NCBI GenBank assembly: GCA_025594325.1
Contig: JANHCV010000002.1
Span: 186,001 to 250,000, forward strand
Source: Blastocladiella emersonii ATCC 22665
Taxonomy: Eukaryota > Fungi > Blastocladiomycota
DNA: 64,000 bases
Reading direction: 5' to 3'
The position numbers and the translations under genes are program-made. The notes under the pieces are model-generated. The model ran no database searches and was not told the DNA's origin. It saw nothing but the letters and a program-made list of their open reading frames with translations. Position 1 is the stretch's first letter, and every line of letters starts with the position of its first letter. Shown here piece after piece: positions 46,313 to 56,923 of this stretch.

Positions 46313-47717
46313 TGACGGTGGGCGGCGGCGGTAGATAGAATATTAGTGTAGTCATTCTGTATCCATGCTCGGCCGGGACGCGTGTGCGACATGTTGATCG
46401 GAGGCGTGATCGGGCGGGGATGCACGCACACGCGCGTCGCGTCACAGCACGGCGCGCGGCGGTGGGAGGTGGGCGACGCGGCGCCCATGGCCGCCGCCAA
46501 CGCGCAAAAAGACGGGTCGCGACCGCGCCGATCGGGTGGGACGTGGAGCGCAGCTGAGGCGACGTGCGCGTTGGTTGCGGTGGGGCGGGGGCGAAGAAGA
46601 CCGATGCGGACGCAAGCCGCGCGCGTGTGGCGCGCCGGCAGGGCGACTGACGGTCCCTTCCCTTCCCCTTCCTCCTGCCCCGCAGCGGCTCTCGCTCCCG
46701 CACCGCGCGCTTCCTGCAACCCCCGCTCCCCGCCCCGCTCGCTGAATACGGCGCGACTTGCTGCACTGCGCTCGCGTCCGCTGCCCCGCCCGCTCCTGCG
46801 TCTGCGCATCCATCCGCCCGCGACTCCCGCCCCTCGACCGGTCGTGCCGCGCCGCGCATCCATCCATCCGACCAAAGACGCTGCCCCCCTGCGCGTCCCG
46901 CCCACCACCCACCTCGCCGCGCTGCAACAGCACCGCGCGGCCGTCCCGCCACCACCGTATGTGCTGTGCTTGTTACCGACCCGCCCTCCCCCATCACGGC
47001 GCACCCCGCCCGTCCCGGACCGCGATCGCGGCGAGCGACGCAAACTCAGCGCGCGGGCCGCAGCGATTGCCCGTGCGGATCGGGGCGTGCGTGGTGGCAG
47101 GCCAGCCTTGTTTGTGCGCGCGCTCCCGCCCGCCCGCCCGTTTGCCCCGTCCCGGCTGCCCGCACCGACGCCGAGTCCGGGGCACCGCCACGCACCCCCC
47201 CGATGGACCGCGCAGTCCGGGCGCGGCGGCCTGGAATCGGCGTCCCTCCGTGGCGGCCGCGGGCGGCGAGATCGGGGCGCGCGAGTCGCGGCCCGCGTGT
47301 CCGCGCCGCCGCTGCGTGTGTCCCCCGCTCTCCGCCGCTGCCGCCGATGGACCAGTCACGGTGGCGCCGTGACGTGGGCGCGCGCGCGCATGTGCAGTGC
47401 AGTCGCGGCCATTGCTGCGCGCGCGGCGGCGGCGCGTCGCCCCGATCATTGCTCCTCCCGCCCCGTTCGATTCGATTGCCCCGTTCCCCGCTCGATTGCC
47501 TTTTCGCTGATTGCGTGTCGTGCCCGATTGCACTTGGCTCACCTTTGCCCGCTCGCTCGTCTGCGTCCACCCTCCCGCCCATCCTCCTCACCACCGCACC
47601 AACCCGCTCGCTATGCGCGGCCCCACCACCACCCCCGGCCTTCTCTCCACGGCACCACCACCACTCGTCTCCGCAACAGTACCAGCTCCCGCACCGACAC
47701 CACCAGCATCCGCCACC

Positions 47718-50700
47718 ATGGTCGCCACGCTCGTCGTGTCCAACGAGCAGTTCGAGCTCATCTGGCGCGCCCAGACCTACTGCTTCATGACGACGCAGGC
47801 CATCCACGACCTCAAGCGCGTCCACCCGGCATTCCTGCGCGCAAAGGCCCTCACCGGCACCGCCTTCACGTACGTTCTTCTCATCCTCCGCTCTGCCCGA
47901 TTTGCTGCGGCCGCGCGCCGCGTTGCTGAGCTGCCTCGCGCCGCCGTTTGCAACGCGCGCGCGAACGGCGGCGGTGCGTCGTGGGAGGCGCCCGTGGGGG
48001 ACACGGGGGACACGGGGGACATGGGGGACATGGGGACGCGTCCGCTCTCTCCTCCCTGTATCCCAGCCTGTATCCCCGCAGTGGCGGCGCCACCCCCACC
48101 GAACGCTGCCGCGACCGAGGGCACCCCTGCCGAGGGCGGCTGTCCGATCGCCCCGCTGCATCGGTGTTCCCTCCTCGGCGGCCCGCGGCCCGCGGTTCGA
48201 ACCCCGACCTTGCATCACGCTAACCGGCCGCGCCCCCTCCACAGAACGTCCGGCCGCCGCTACTGGCGCAACCTGCCGCTCCCGCAGCCGCCCGAGCACG
48301 TCCCCGACCCGCTCTCGGTGCTCAACCCGACCACGTGGCCCGAAGAGGTCGAGGAGATGCAGCTCGCCATCAACATGTTCTACCTCGACCGCGACTTTTG
48401 CCTGTGGACCGTCCACCCGCCCGGCGAGCCCGCCGTCCTCGCCGCCACCGTCCGCATCCTCGACTTTGCGCGCCTCGTCCGCTGGATGCGCCCCGAGAAG
48501 CCCGCCCCGCGCGACCCGCGGCGCCGCACCCTCCTCGTCGTCGCCGCCACCGACTGCTCCGTCATCGCAAAGTACCCGCCGTCGGCCACCGACATCCCCG
48601 TCGAGCTCGGCGACGCCCTCCTCCCGCTCGTCCCCGAGTCCGAGCTCCAGAAACTCGACCCCGACAAGCACCGCGAGCTGTTCCGCTCCGTCGCGCCTCG
48701 CAGGCTGCGCGTCCCCGGCGTCAACGGCGCGCCCGACGCGGATTTCGCCTGCGTCCCGATCCAGCTCGCCGACGGCTGGATCCTCATCATCGAGGAGGAG
48801 GAGCACCAGGAGCAGCCCGCCGAGCCGGCCGCCATCACCGTCGTCGAGGATGTGGTCCCCGCCGAGCCCGCGCCCGTCGTCGTCGAGCTGGGCGCGGACG
48901 AGATCGAGGCGCTCGTGGCGCCCGTGGCACCCGCGCCCGAGGCGCCGGCGACGGCTGCTCCTGAGCCCGCTGCGCCTGAGCCCGCTGCGCCTGAGCCCGC
49001 TGCGCCTGAGCCCGCTGCGCCTGAGCCCGCTGCGCCTGCGCCGGCACCTGTGCTTGAACCCGCGATCGTTCCTGCGGCCACCGCCGCGACGTCCACGGCC
49101 TCGCTCAACGCCCTCGCCTCCGTCGCCTCCGCCGCCATGTCCACGGTCGACCACCTCCCCGTCGTCGCTCCGCCACCAGCAGCAGCAGCACCAGCGCCGC
49201 CCGCCGAGCCAGCACCCGCCCTCCTCACCACGGCCCCGCTCCCGCCCACCCTCCCCGCCGTCTCGACCGTCCTCGACACCATCGCCTCGCCCACCTACGC
49301 GCCGCTCTCCGCCTCGTCCGCCACCGGCGCTATCCCGCCGCCGCTCTCGCCCATCGGCCTCTCCATGGGCCAGCTCGAGCAGGTCCCCGCCCACGTCCCG
49401 ATCGTCGGCGCCTCGTCCGACGTGCACCTGCAGTACCAGTACCCGACGGCGTCCGCCACGCCCGCCCCGCTCGCCCTCGAGCCGCCTGCGCATACCTCGG
49501 CCGCCGTGACTACGTCGTCGGCGCTCGCTATGCACCACTCGCACTCGCACTCGTACGCGCACCCGGCTGTCGCAAACCTCTACCCGCCAACGTCTGCGTG
49601 GACTGGAAACCGTGCGGGACCGCCGCTCGCTTCGCCCACGTTCCGCCCACAGCTGCCAGATCACCAGCAGCTGCTGCCGCCGCCCGTGGGCCCAGTTCGC
49701 GACGCCTTCGATGCACCCGCGCCGTACCCGCGCAAGCCGCCGCAGCAGCAGTACCACCCGCACCATGCGACCGAGTACGACCGGTACCCGGACCCAACAC
49801 CGGCGCCGGCGGGGTACTACGATGACGCGGATCACGACTACGCCGACCCGCGCCACGCGTACCGCCCGCCTGCACCTGCACCAGCGACGGCGGGGCTCGA
49901 CGAGTACGGCTTCGCCCAGCCCCGCGCCGCTGCTGCTGCTCCGCGGTACCCCCAGCACCAGTATCAGCAGCAGCAGGCCCCGCCGCCGCCGCTCACCACC
50001 GTCTGGCCGCCCGGCATGCGCCGCGCGCGTGAGGCTGCGGCGGCCGCTGCGTCGGACGAGTACGCGCCGCTTCCGCCGCACCACCACCACCATCGTCCTG
50101 CGCCCGCCCCGCGCGGGTACGACCGGTTCCACCCGTACGCCGCCGCCGCCGGGCACGAGCAGCAACCGCACCACCGCGTCGCGTCGCCGCCACTATCCTC
50201 GGTGCCGCTCCCGCCGACGGCCGAGGACACCTTCGCCTCGCTCGCGGCGCCCGCGGCGACACCAGCTGACGCTGCACCGGCTCCCGCACCGGCTCGGCCG
50301 CGTCCCCGCCCGCACCGCCGGTCGCGCGCTGCTGCGGTTGCTGCTACGGTGGCCGCCGCAGCCGCCGCCGGCGAGTCGGACCCGGCGGCACCGTGTCTCC
50401 TGCGCACCGCGTCGGGCTCGTCGATCGGCGTGCTCGCGCTCGAGGACCCGCCGACGGATCCCGCGCCCAAGGTCCCCGTCGCGCCGATTGCAGCCGTGCC
50501 CTCCGCCGCCGATGCAGCTACCGCATCCGCCGTCATGGCCGCCGCCGCAGCCGTCCCCGTGCCGTCGAGCCGGTTCGCGCCGCCGGGCGAGCGCAAGTGC
50601 GTGCGGTGCGGGACCACCGAGTCCCCCGAGTGGCGGCGCGGCGCATCCGGCGCGCGCGAGCTGTGTAACGCGTGCGGGCTCAAGTACTACCGCGAGAAGA

Positions 50701-51491
50701 AGCAGCGCGAGAAGATGCGCGGGTGGACGGTCGGCGTGTTGCGGGACCAGCAGGCTGGCGGCGTAGCGCAGACGGCGCAGGTCGCCGAACAGCAGCAGCC
50801 GATGCCGCAGCAGCAGCAGGTGATGGTGCCTGAACATCAGCGCCCGCGGCCAGTGTATGCGCCGCCGCAGGGACCGGTCCACCAGCAGCAGCAGCAGCAG
50901 GTCGGCGGGTATCACCACCACCACCACCTCGGCCAGGACTACCCGCCCGCCCCACCGCCACCGCCGCCGCGGCATGACTATGACTACGACTACGAGTACG
51001 ACGACCGCGAGTACGGGTACGACTACGACCACGGCTACGACTACAACGGCGGCGCTGGGTACGACCGCCCGCCGCAGCGCGCACGGTACCCTCCGCCACC
51101 ACCACCACCACCGCTGTCGCGCCGGTACCCCGCCCACGACGCGTACCAGGACGCGTACCCGCCGCACCCGCACCACCACGCTCGGCCGCACTCGAACGAG
51201 TACCGCCACCCGCCGCCGCCGCCGCCGCTGCCCCCACACGTGTCGCGTGCCGCCCCACCGCGGCAGCAGCAGGCGTGGGACGCACCTCCGCCGCCGCCGC
51301 CGCCTCGCCAGCACCACCACCAGTACAGCTATCCCCCACCGCCGCCGCCGCCGTCGCAGCAGCCGCCGCAGCGGCACCACCGCGACCGGCCAGAGTACCG
51401 CCACGGCGGCGGCGGGCGCGGCGGAGTCGCGTCGTCGTACGACGGCGCTGCGCCCGCGCCCGCGCCGACGTCGGCGGCCGGTCGAGATTGA
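47718..51491 (+). CDS. GATA zinc-finger transcription factor (CX2C-X18-CX2C) with N-terminal PAS-like region and long P/Q/H/Y low-complexity regions, ~1,132 aa, join(47718..47869,48245..51491)
   Basis: CVRCGTTESPEWRRGASGARELCNACGLKY. ATG in CCGCCACCATGG. 375-nt intron GTACGT...GCTAAC...CACAG. The PAS-like call is tentative. Confidence 0.8.
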   Translation: MVATLVVSNEQFELIWRAQTYCFMTTQAIHDLKRVHPAFLRAKALTGTAFTYVLLILRSARFAAAARRVAELPRAAVCNARANGGGASWEAPVGDTGDTGDMGDMGTRPLSPPCIPACIPAVAAPPPPNAAATEGTPAEGGCPIAPLHRCSLLGGPRPAVRTPTLHHANRPRPLHRTSGRRYWRNLPLPQPPEHVPDPLSVLNPTTWPEEVEEMQLAINMFYLDRDFCLWTVHPPGEPAVLAATVRILDFARLVRWMRPEKPAPRDPRRRTLLVVAATDCSVIAKYPPSATDIPVELGDALLPLVPESELQKLDPDKHRELFRSVAPRRLRVPGVNGAPDADFACVPIQLADGWILIIEEEEHQEQPAEPAAITVVEDVVPAEPAPVVVELGADEIEALVAPVAPAPEAPATAAPEPAAPEPAAPEPAAPEPAAPEPAAPAPAPVLEPAIVPAATAATSTASLNALASVASAAMSTVDHLPVVAPPPAAAAPAPPAEPAPALLTTAPLPPTLPAVSTVLDTIASPTYAPLSASSATGAIPPPLSPIGLSMGQLEQVPAHVPIVGASSDVHLQYQYPTASATPAPLALEPPAHTSAAVTTSSALAMHHSHSHSYAHPAVANLYPPTSAWTGNRAGPPLASPTFRPQLPDHQQLLPPPVGPVRDAFDAPAPYPRKPPQQQYHPHHATEYDRYPDPTPAPAGYYDDADHDYADPRHAYRPPAPAPATAGLDEYGFAQPRAAAAAPRYPQHQYQQQQAPPPPLTTVWPPGMRRAREAAAAAASDEYAPLPPHHHHHRPAPAPRGYDRFHPYAAAAGHEQQPHHRVASPPLSSVPLPPTAEDTFASLAAPAATPADAAPAPAPARPRPRPHRRSRAAAVAATVAAAAAAGESDPAAPCLLRTASGSSIGVLALEDPPTDPAPKVPVAPIAAVPSAADAATASAVMAAAAAVPVPSSRFAPPGERKCVRCGTTESPEWRRGASGARELCNACGLKYYREKKQREKMRGWTVGVLRDQQAGGVAQTAQVAEQQQPMPQQQQVMVPEHQRPRPVYAPPQGPVHQQQQQQVGGYHHHHHLGQDYPPAPPPPPPRHDYDYDYEYDDREYGYDYDHGYDYNGGAGYDRPPQRARYPPPPPPPPLSRRYPAHDAYQDAYPPHPHHHARPHSNEYRHPPPPPPLPPHVSRAAPPRQQQAWDAPPPPPPPRQHHHQYSYPPPPPPPSQQPPQRHHRDRPEYRHGGGGRGGVASSYDGAAPAPAPTSAAGRD
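48960..49034 (+). repeat. 15-bp coding minisatellite (CCTGAGCCCGCTGCG)x5 encoding PEPAA x5
   Basis: Five exact copies read directly from the sequence. Confidence 0.95.
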
Positions 51492-51603
51492 TGGATGGAT
51501 GCAGAGTTCCGTTTTGTTCATCTCGGATAGGGTTGCTCCCTATCGACGTGCATACATCTATCGGTTCATAGTCGATTTGGACAGACTCGAGGATGAGCGC
51601 CGC

Positions 51604-52442
51604 ATGTCGTTCCGCCTGCTTTTCTCGATTCTTGGCGGCCTCGCTGTGACGGCGGTGTGGCCGCTGCTCTTCCTTGGCCATCGGACGGGTGTGCAGTGCT
51701 TTCTCCAGGTCGCTATCCTCACCTTCGCGTGGGCCGTGATTCTCGCGTGCATGGCCGTCCAGGATCTTCGGGTCTGCTTGATCGTCTCGAGCCCACTGCG
51801 ATGCGTCGCGAGCGATGTGACGCGGGCACTACGGGTCTTCATTCTTGCCATTGTTCTCCTGCAGTGCCTCGGGCCGCTGCTGTGGGGGCTCGTCAGCTCG
51901 CCGGCAGCGACCATGTGCGTCGTGGCCAACGAGTGGGAGGACCTGAAGTGTTCCGCGGGCGCGACTCGTCGAACGGGTGGACGGGCACGACGCGCGCGGG
52001 CGTCGAGTCCTCGCTCGTCACGAACATCGGCTCGGCTGCATCATCGAGCTACCGCGCCCCGGGCTCCATGCCTCGCGGCACGTCGTGGTCGAGCGACGGC
52101 AAGTCCAGCAGCGCTCCAATCCACACGAGCGAGCTGGCGCTGCGCGCCGCCGCGTCCTCGTTCCTCGTCGAGCTGACACCGTGTGTGCCCTGCCAGCTGC
52201 GCGTGTTTCCTGACCAGGCCGTGCTGATCGCGACCGAAAGACCGGGCAACCCGCTGTTCCGCGTGGCCATCGTGCTGCGCACGCTCACGGCTGTTGACTA
52301 CGTCTCGGCGTCGCAGACGTGTCGCCGCCTCCAGCTGCGCGGCCGCGTCGTGGATATCGTTGGGTCCGCGGCGACGAGCGCGACGCTCGTGCTGTGGAAA
52401 CAGGTCTTGGGCACGTTTGTGCGCGAGGAGCCGGAGCGATGA
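51604..52442 (+). other. Possible small membrane-protein gene split over two frames (about 3 hydrophobic helices, then a frame change near ~51930-51960)
   Basis: Frame 1: MSFRLLFSILGGLAVTAVWPLLFLG...VAILTFAWAVILACMAV...VFILAIVLLQCLGPLLWGLV. Frame 2 continues with a globular-looking tail to 52442. No convincing intron found. Confidence 0.3.
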
Positions 52443-52679
52443 TGCTCCGCGTGCGTGATACAACATCTTTTGTTTACTCGGACTATCTTTGTGCTGCGTG
52501 ATCTGGGAGTGGTGTCGGGCATCCCCTCATGTCGTGATGCGGAGTTGATCGCGCAAGTCGCAACAGGGATGGTCGCGACGAACGCGACATGACGCGCCGC
52601 GCCACTCATGTGATCGAATTCGATTCTCTTTACCCAGTGAATCAATCGCAACGATACTATGCGTCTATTGAACTCGTCT

Positions 52680-55241
52680 CTACTTGGCGTCCTTGCTCAC
52701 CGCCACTGGCGTGGGCCCCGACGCAAACTCGTGCTCCAGAATCGCCTTGTTCACCGCCTGATACGTCGTGTGCCCGGCGAGCTGAAGCAGGTGTGCGTAC
52801 TGGCGGACGTACTCGAGGACGCGCGGGTCATTGAGCTGGCGGTTCTCGGCAATCTCGACCGTGACGAGGGTGCCGATGAACTTGGCATCGGCCTTGAGCC
52901 CGCGCGACGGGACGATCTCAGTCGCAACGCGCAGCGCCGCGGACACGTCGTGCAGGCGCAGGTACGCCTCGACGGCGGACGTCCAGACGTTGATCCCGCG
53001 GCCGCCCCACGCCGCGCCGAGGATCTTGTTCACCGTAGCGTCGAGCCGAGCGCGGTCGCCGGCGAACCCGCACGCGTCGAGGACGAGCGCCTGCGTCGCG
53101 CCGTCGGGCGCGATGCCGCGGTCCATCATCGCGTCCCACAGCTCGAACACGCGGTCGAACCGCTTGCCGAGCGAGTACCCGAGCACGAGCATCGACCGGA
53201 TCGGGTGCCGCGGGTGCACCACGACGCCGAGCGACTGGCCGAGCGCGAGCATCTGCTCCATGCGCGGCACGTCGCCTTGCTGCGAGAAGTGGTTGATGAA
53301 GAACCCGAGCGTGCTCGTGGACGGCGCCACGCCGTGCTCCGCGAGCGTCGACCGCCACACGCGCAGCGCGTCGCCCACGCGATCGGCCGCGAGCAACCGC
53401 TCGACCTGCGTGTTGATCTCGTACTCGATGGCGTCGGGTGAGCTCGGGTTCGCGGCCGCCGGGTTGCCCGGCGCAGCACTCGCGGGCGCGGCGCCGAGTT
53501 TACCCGTCACCGTGGGCGGCGCGATCTCGAGCGGCTTGCGCCCGGGCGGCCGGCGGTACTCGAGCATGTGGACGACGGTCGCGTGCGTCGGCGCACCGAG
53601 CCGGACGAGCTTGTGGTACACGGCGACCGCGGCGTCGTACCCGTCCGTCGCGAGGACGGACTTGACCGCCGCCGTGACGTACTGCGACGTGAGGACGACG
53701 CGGCCGGCGCGGTGGTGCGCGAGCGTGTCAGCGTGCATCTGGCGGACGACGTCGCCCTTGCCGAGCGCGGCAGCGGCCTCAAGCGCCATGCACGTGAGCC
53801 GCGAGGTCGCGACCTCGCCCGCGCTGACGTACTCGGCGTACTGCGCGAGCGCCGCCGCGTAGTCCTCGCAGTGCAGCTGCAGCGCCATGAGCGCGTACAT
53901 GGCGTTCTCCTCGAGCGCGATCCCGTGCGCGCGCGCGAGCGCGACGACGGATTGCGCGAGATCGGCCTTGCGCTCGATCGAGCACCGCTCCAGCACCCGC
54001 GCCACGACGCGCGGGTTGTGCGTCGCGTGCGCGTACGCGTCGAGGCCCTCGGCGCCGGCTGCGCGCGGGATCCCACCGGCGGGCGGCGGGGTGCCGCGGT
54101 CGAGCATCTCGCGGAACGCAGCGACGGCAGAATCGGCGTCGGGGCTCGCGTTCACGAGCGCGACGTTGAGGTGGCCCGAGTCAAACGGCGTCGCGATGAA
54201 CCCGCGTTGCGCGGCCGACTCCATGACCTCGCGCACGCCGGTCGCGTCCTTGACGGTCGCCATGGCGGAGGCCGCGGTCGTCATGATGTGCACGGACATG
54301 GCGGCATCCGGGATCTGCGTGCGGTACACGTCGAGCGCGCGGTGCGGGAGACCGGTGCGCGAGAACATGTTGATGAGGCCCGAGTAGAATTTGGACAGGT
54401 CGCCCAGGTTGAGCGGCGCGGTCGGCGGCGGGCGGCGCGACAGGAGCTCGGTCTCGAAGGCCGGGACGCGGGTGCCGAGTTGCCGCCGCGCGATGAGGCG
54501 CGCGAGCGCGGACAGCGTGAAGTCGTTCGGGAACCACGACAGGGCGGGGTCGCGCGAGAGCTCGACGACCTTGGCGAAGAGCAGGTCGTAGCACTCGTCC
54601 CACTGCGGGCGCTGGTCGGCCGTGACCATCGGGCAGCTCGCGAGAATGGTCGAGAGGGTCGACATGACCTGCTTGGTGTCGTCGCGCAGAGCAAAGGCCA
54701 CCGTCAGCGCGTCCTGCGCGCCCCGCGGGTCCTCTACGCGTGCGAGGGATTCGGTGAGGCTGGAGCATGGAGCCGTAGCTATGGTAGTCGACAGCGTACT
54801 CTTGTTCATGGCCTTGAGCAACATCTGCACCGACGGGAAGTAGGCCGGCGGGTAGAGTGGCGGCCGCGAACGCTCTGACTTCTGCCCCTTTTGGCTTTTA
54901 CCGGGAACATCGCGCTCAGAGGAAGAAGAAGAGAAGCTCGGCAGGACCACGTTGTCGGTGCGCCGAAGCACGGGCTCGTCTGGGCGCGGGTACCCCGGCC
55001 GGCCGCCGCTGCCCAAGGGGCGCTTCGGCTTGGACTGGCGGGGATCGGCGTCGCGCTGGCGCTGCTGACCCTCGGAGCGCAGTTTCGGTTTGGGTTTGCC
55101 GCTCGGCGGACCATGCCTCCGCGGCGAGCCGCCGTTGTTGTTGTTGAGAAGCAGTGCCGACGACGCGATCGTTCGCCGAGGCGCCAGCTGGTAGAGGGTG
55201 CCGCGCGGGGCGAGATGCATCAAGTTCCGTATAGATTGCAT
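52680..55241 (-). CDS. Pentatricopeptide-repeat (PPR) protein, probably mitochondrial, 853 aa
   Basis: PPR-like helix pairs (YSGLINMFSRTGLPHRALDVY; LVLGYSLGKRFDRVFELWDAMMDRGIAPDGATQALVLDAC; VWTSAVEAYLRL). Basic, acid-free N-terminus from ATG 55241. Confidence 0.85.
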   Translation of the reverse strand: MQSIRNLMHLAPRGTLYQLAPRRTIASSALLLNNNNGGSPRRHGPPSGKPKPKLRSEGQQRQRDADPRQSKPKRPLGSGGRPGYPRPDEPVLRRTDNVVLPSFSSSSSERDVPGKSQKGQKSERSRPPLYPPAYFPSVQMLLKAMNKSTLSTTIATAPCSSLTESLARVEDPRGAQDALTVAFALRDDTKQVMSTLSTILASCPMVTADQRPQWDECYDLLFAKVVELSRDPALSWFPNDFTLSALARLIARRQLGTRVPAFETELLSRRPPPTAPLNLGDLSKFYSGLINMFSRTGLPHRALDVYRTQIPDAAMSVHIMTTAASAMATVKDATGVREVMESAAQRGFIATPFDSGHLNVALVNASPDADSAVAAFREMLDRGTPPPAGGIPRAAGAEGLDAYAHATHNPRVVARVLERCSIERKADLAQSVVALARAHGIALEENAMYALMALQLHCEDYAAALAQYAEYVSAGEVATSRLTCMALEAAAALGKGDVVRQMHADTLAHHRAGRVVLTSQYVTAAVKSVLATDGYDAAVAVYHKLVRLGAPTHATVVHMLEYRRPPGRKPLEIAPPTVTGKLGAAPASAAPGNPAAANPSSPDAIEYEINTQVERLLAADRVGDALRVWRSTLAEHGVAPSTSTLGFFINHFSQQGDVPRMEQMLALGQSLGVVVHPRHPIRSMLVLGYSLGKRFDRVFELWDAMMDRGIAPDGATQALVLDACGFAGDRARLDATVNKILGAAWGGRGINVWTSAVEAYLRLHDVSAALRVATEIVPSRGLKADAKFIGTLVTVEIAENRQLNDPRVLEYVRQYAHLLQLAGHTTYQAVNKAILEHEFASGPTPVAVSKDAK

Positions 55242-55797
55242 GGTGTGGTTGGGCGTGTGCGAGGAAGGGAACTGGCGAAGAACACCGCGCTGAGCGCTCG
55301 CGCTTGTCGTCAAGGAAGCGAGCATCACGTGCGATGCGAGACACGTTTGTCTCTCGCGTGCTATCGCTTGGCGATGAGCCGCGCGTCCTCGCACACCGCA
55401 ATTCGATGAGCCGTGCTGGAACTGCGGCGCTCCTCCCGCCGCGTCGACCAAGCCCGGCTCCAAGTCGGGCGTCACGGCCGGGGCCCGCGGCGAAAGCGGC
55501 GGCTGGGAGCCGTCGGTGCCGCAGATGTACGCGCCGCGCGCGTGGCCGTACGTGCACGGCGGCGACGACGCGTAAGGGCCGCCGCCATCGTGGTTCTACG
55601 GCGCCCGCGGCCACCGCGGTGCTCCCGTCTGCTACGTGCCCGTTCCCGTCGCCGTCCCTGTCTCGGCAAGCGGTTCGGCCAAGGTCGGAGCGGGTGAGAA
55701 CGACGGCCCCACGGCGTCCAAGCGCCCGGCGGCCCGCGGAGGCGACGAAGAATGGTCAGACGAGTTTTTCGAGCAGTTGTATGCTCGTTAATCGTGA

Positions 55798-56923
55798 GCC
55801 GAGCTCTCGTGAGACTGGGATGCAGTGTACGCGATCCAAACCCACTCTCGCCCCGCCATTTGGCATACGCTCACCTCGTGTGTGATTGAACAGTGATATC
55901 TCGCGTCAGATCGTCACGGGCGCACTCAAGCTCGCCCCGCACCTGCTGCCCAACTGGGCCGCGGCCCTGGAGCGTCAATGCAGGCTGCCCGCCGCACCAA
56001 CCGCAACTGCCGCCCAGAGCAGGCGCGGTCGGTCGCACTCCCGTTCCCGCTCCGCAAGCCGTCGCGGGCGTAGTTACTCGCCGCCGCCCGTGCGGGAAGC
56101 GGGCCGCGGCCGCTCGCGGTCTGATAGTCGCGACCGCGAGCGTGACCGCACTCGGGATCGTCCGCGGCTCGCGCGCTACGCGACCGACGGCGACGGTGAC
56201 CGCGACCGCGGTTCCTCGCGCCGCGGCCGCTCGTCTACGCGCGGCCGGAGCAGGGACAGCCGTGGATCGAGTACCGCGTCGCGGTCGCCTTCGCCGCGGC
56301 GGTCGCGGTCCCGCTCTAGTTCACGCTCGGTCTCACGGTCGCGGTCGCGGTCTCGTTCGCCCATGAGCACGGGCTCCTCGCGGTCCCCGTCGCCCGAGCC
56401 CGGGGAGGTGGTGGACGAGGTCGTGCCCGCGCAGGTGGTGGTGGACCCGATCACAATGGACTTGACCGCGGCGCTCGCGCCGTTCATGCAGCAGGTGATG
56501 CAGCCGTACCTCCAGCTGCAGGCGACGCTCCAGGCCGCGCTGCTCCAGCAACAGCAGCAGCAGACGAATGCCGTGCAGCAGCAGGCTGCCCTGCTCCAGC
56601 AACAACAGCAATCGAACGCGGCAGCGCAACAGCAGCAGCAGCAGGCCGCCGTGTTCCAGCAACTCGCGCAGGCTCAGGCGCAGCAGCAGCAGCTCAGCGC
56701 CGCCGCGGGGATCCAGCAGTTCCTCGCGCCCGCTACGGCGGTCGCGGTGCCCGCGGCCATGCTGCAGCCCGGGTCCATGCTTGCAAGCTCCTTCATGCAG
56801 GCGCAGCCGACGCCGGAGCGGCCCGTCGCGGACAGGGTTGGCAGCAGCGGAGGGTCGCGATCGCTCGCGCTCCAGCGGGAGCTGCTTGGGATCGGGTCGT
56901 CGCCCGAGCCGGGGGAGGTGTAG
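55798..56923 (+). pseudogene. Remnant of paralog C: decayed end of exon 3 and intron 3, plus an intact copy of exon 4
   Basis: GCCGAGCTCTCGTGAGACTGGGATGCAGT|GTACGC versus C GCCGAGCTCTCGTGGGACTGGGACGCAGT|GTACGT (TGG>TGA). Identity starts at 55889, within the acceptor AACAG. Confidence 0.85.

Noticed and set aside
48245-48800. White Collar-1 LOV photoreceptor
   Set aside because: The flavin-binding GRNCRFLQ motif is absent.
54760-54799. Possible 40-nt intron (GTACGC...CTCCAG) in the PPR gene
   Set aside because: Removing it would break an otherwise continuous frame, and it is shorter than the other introns here.
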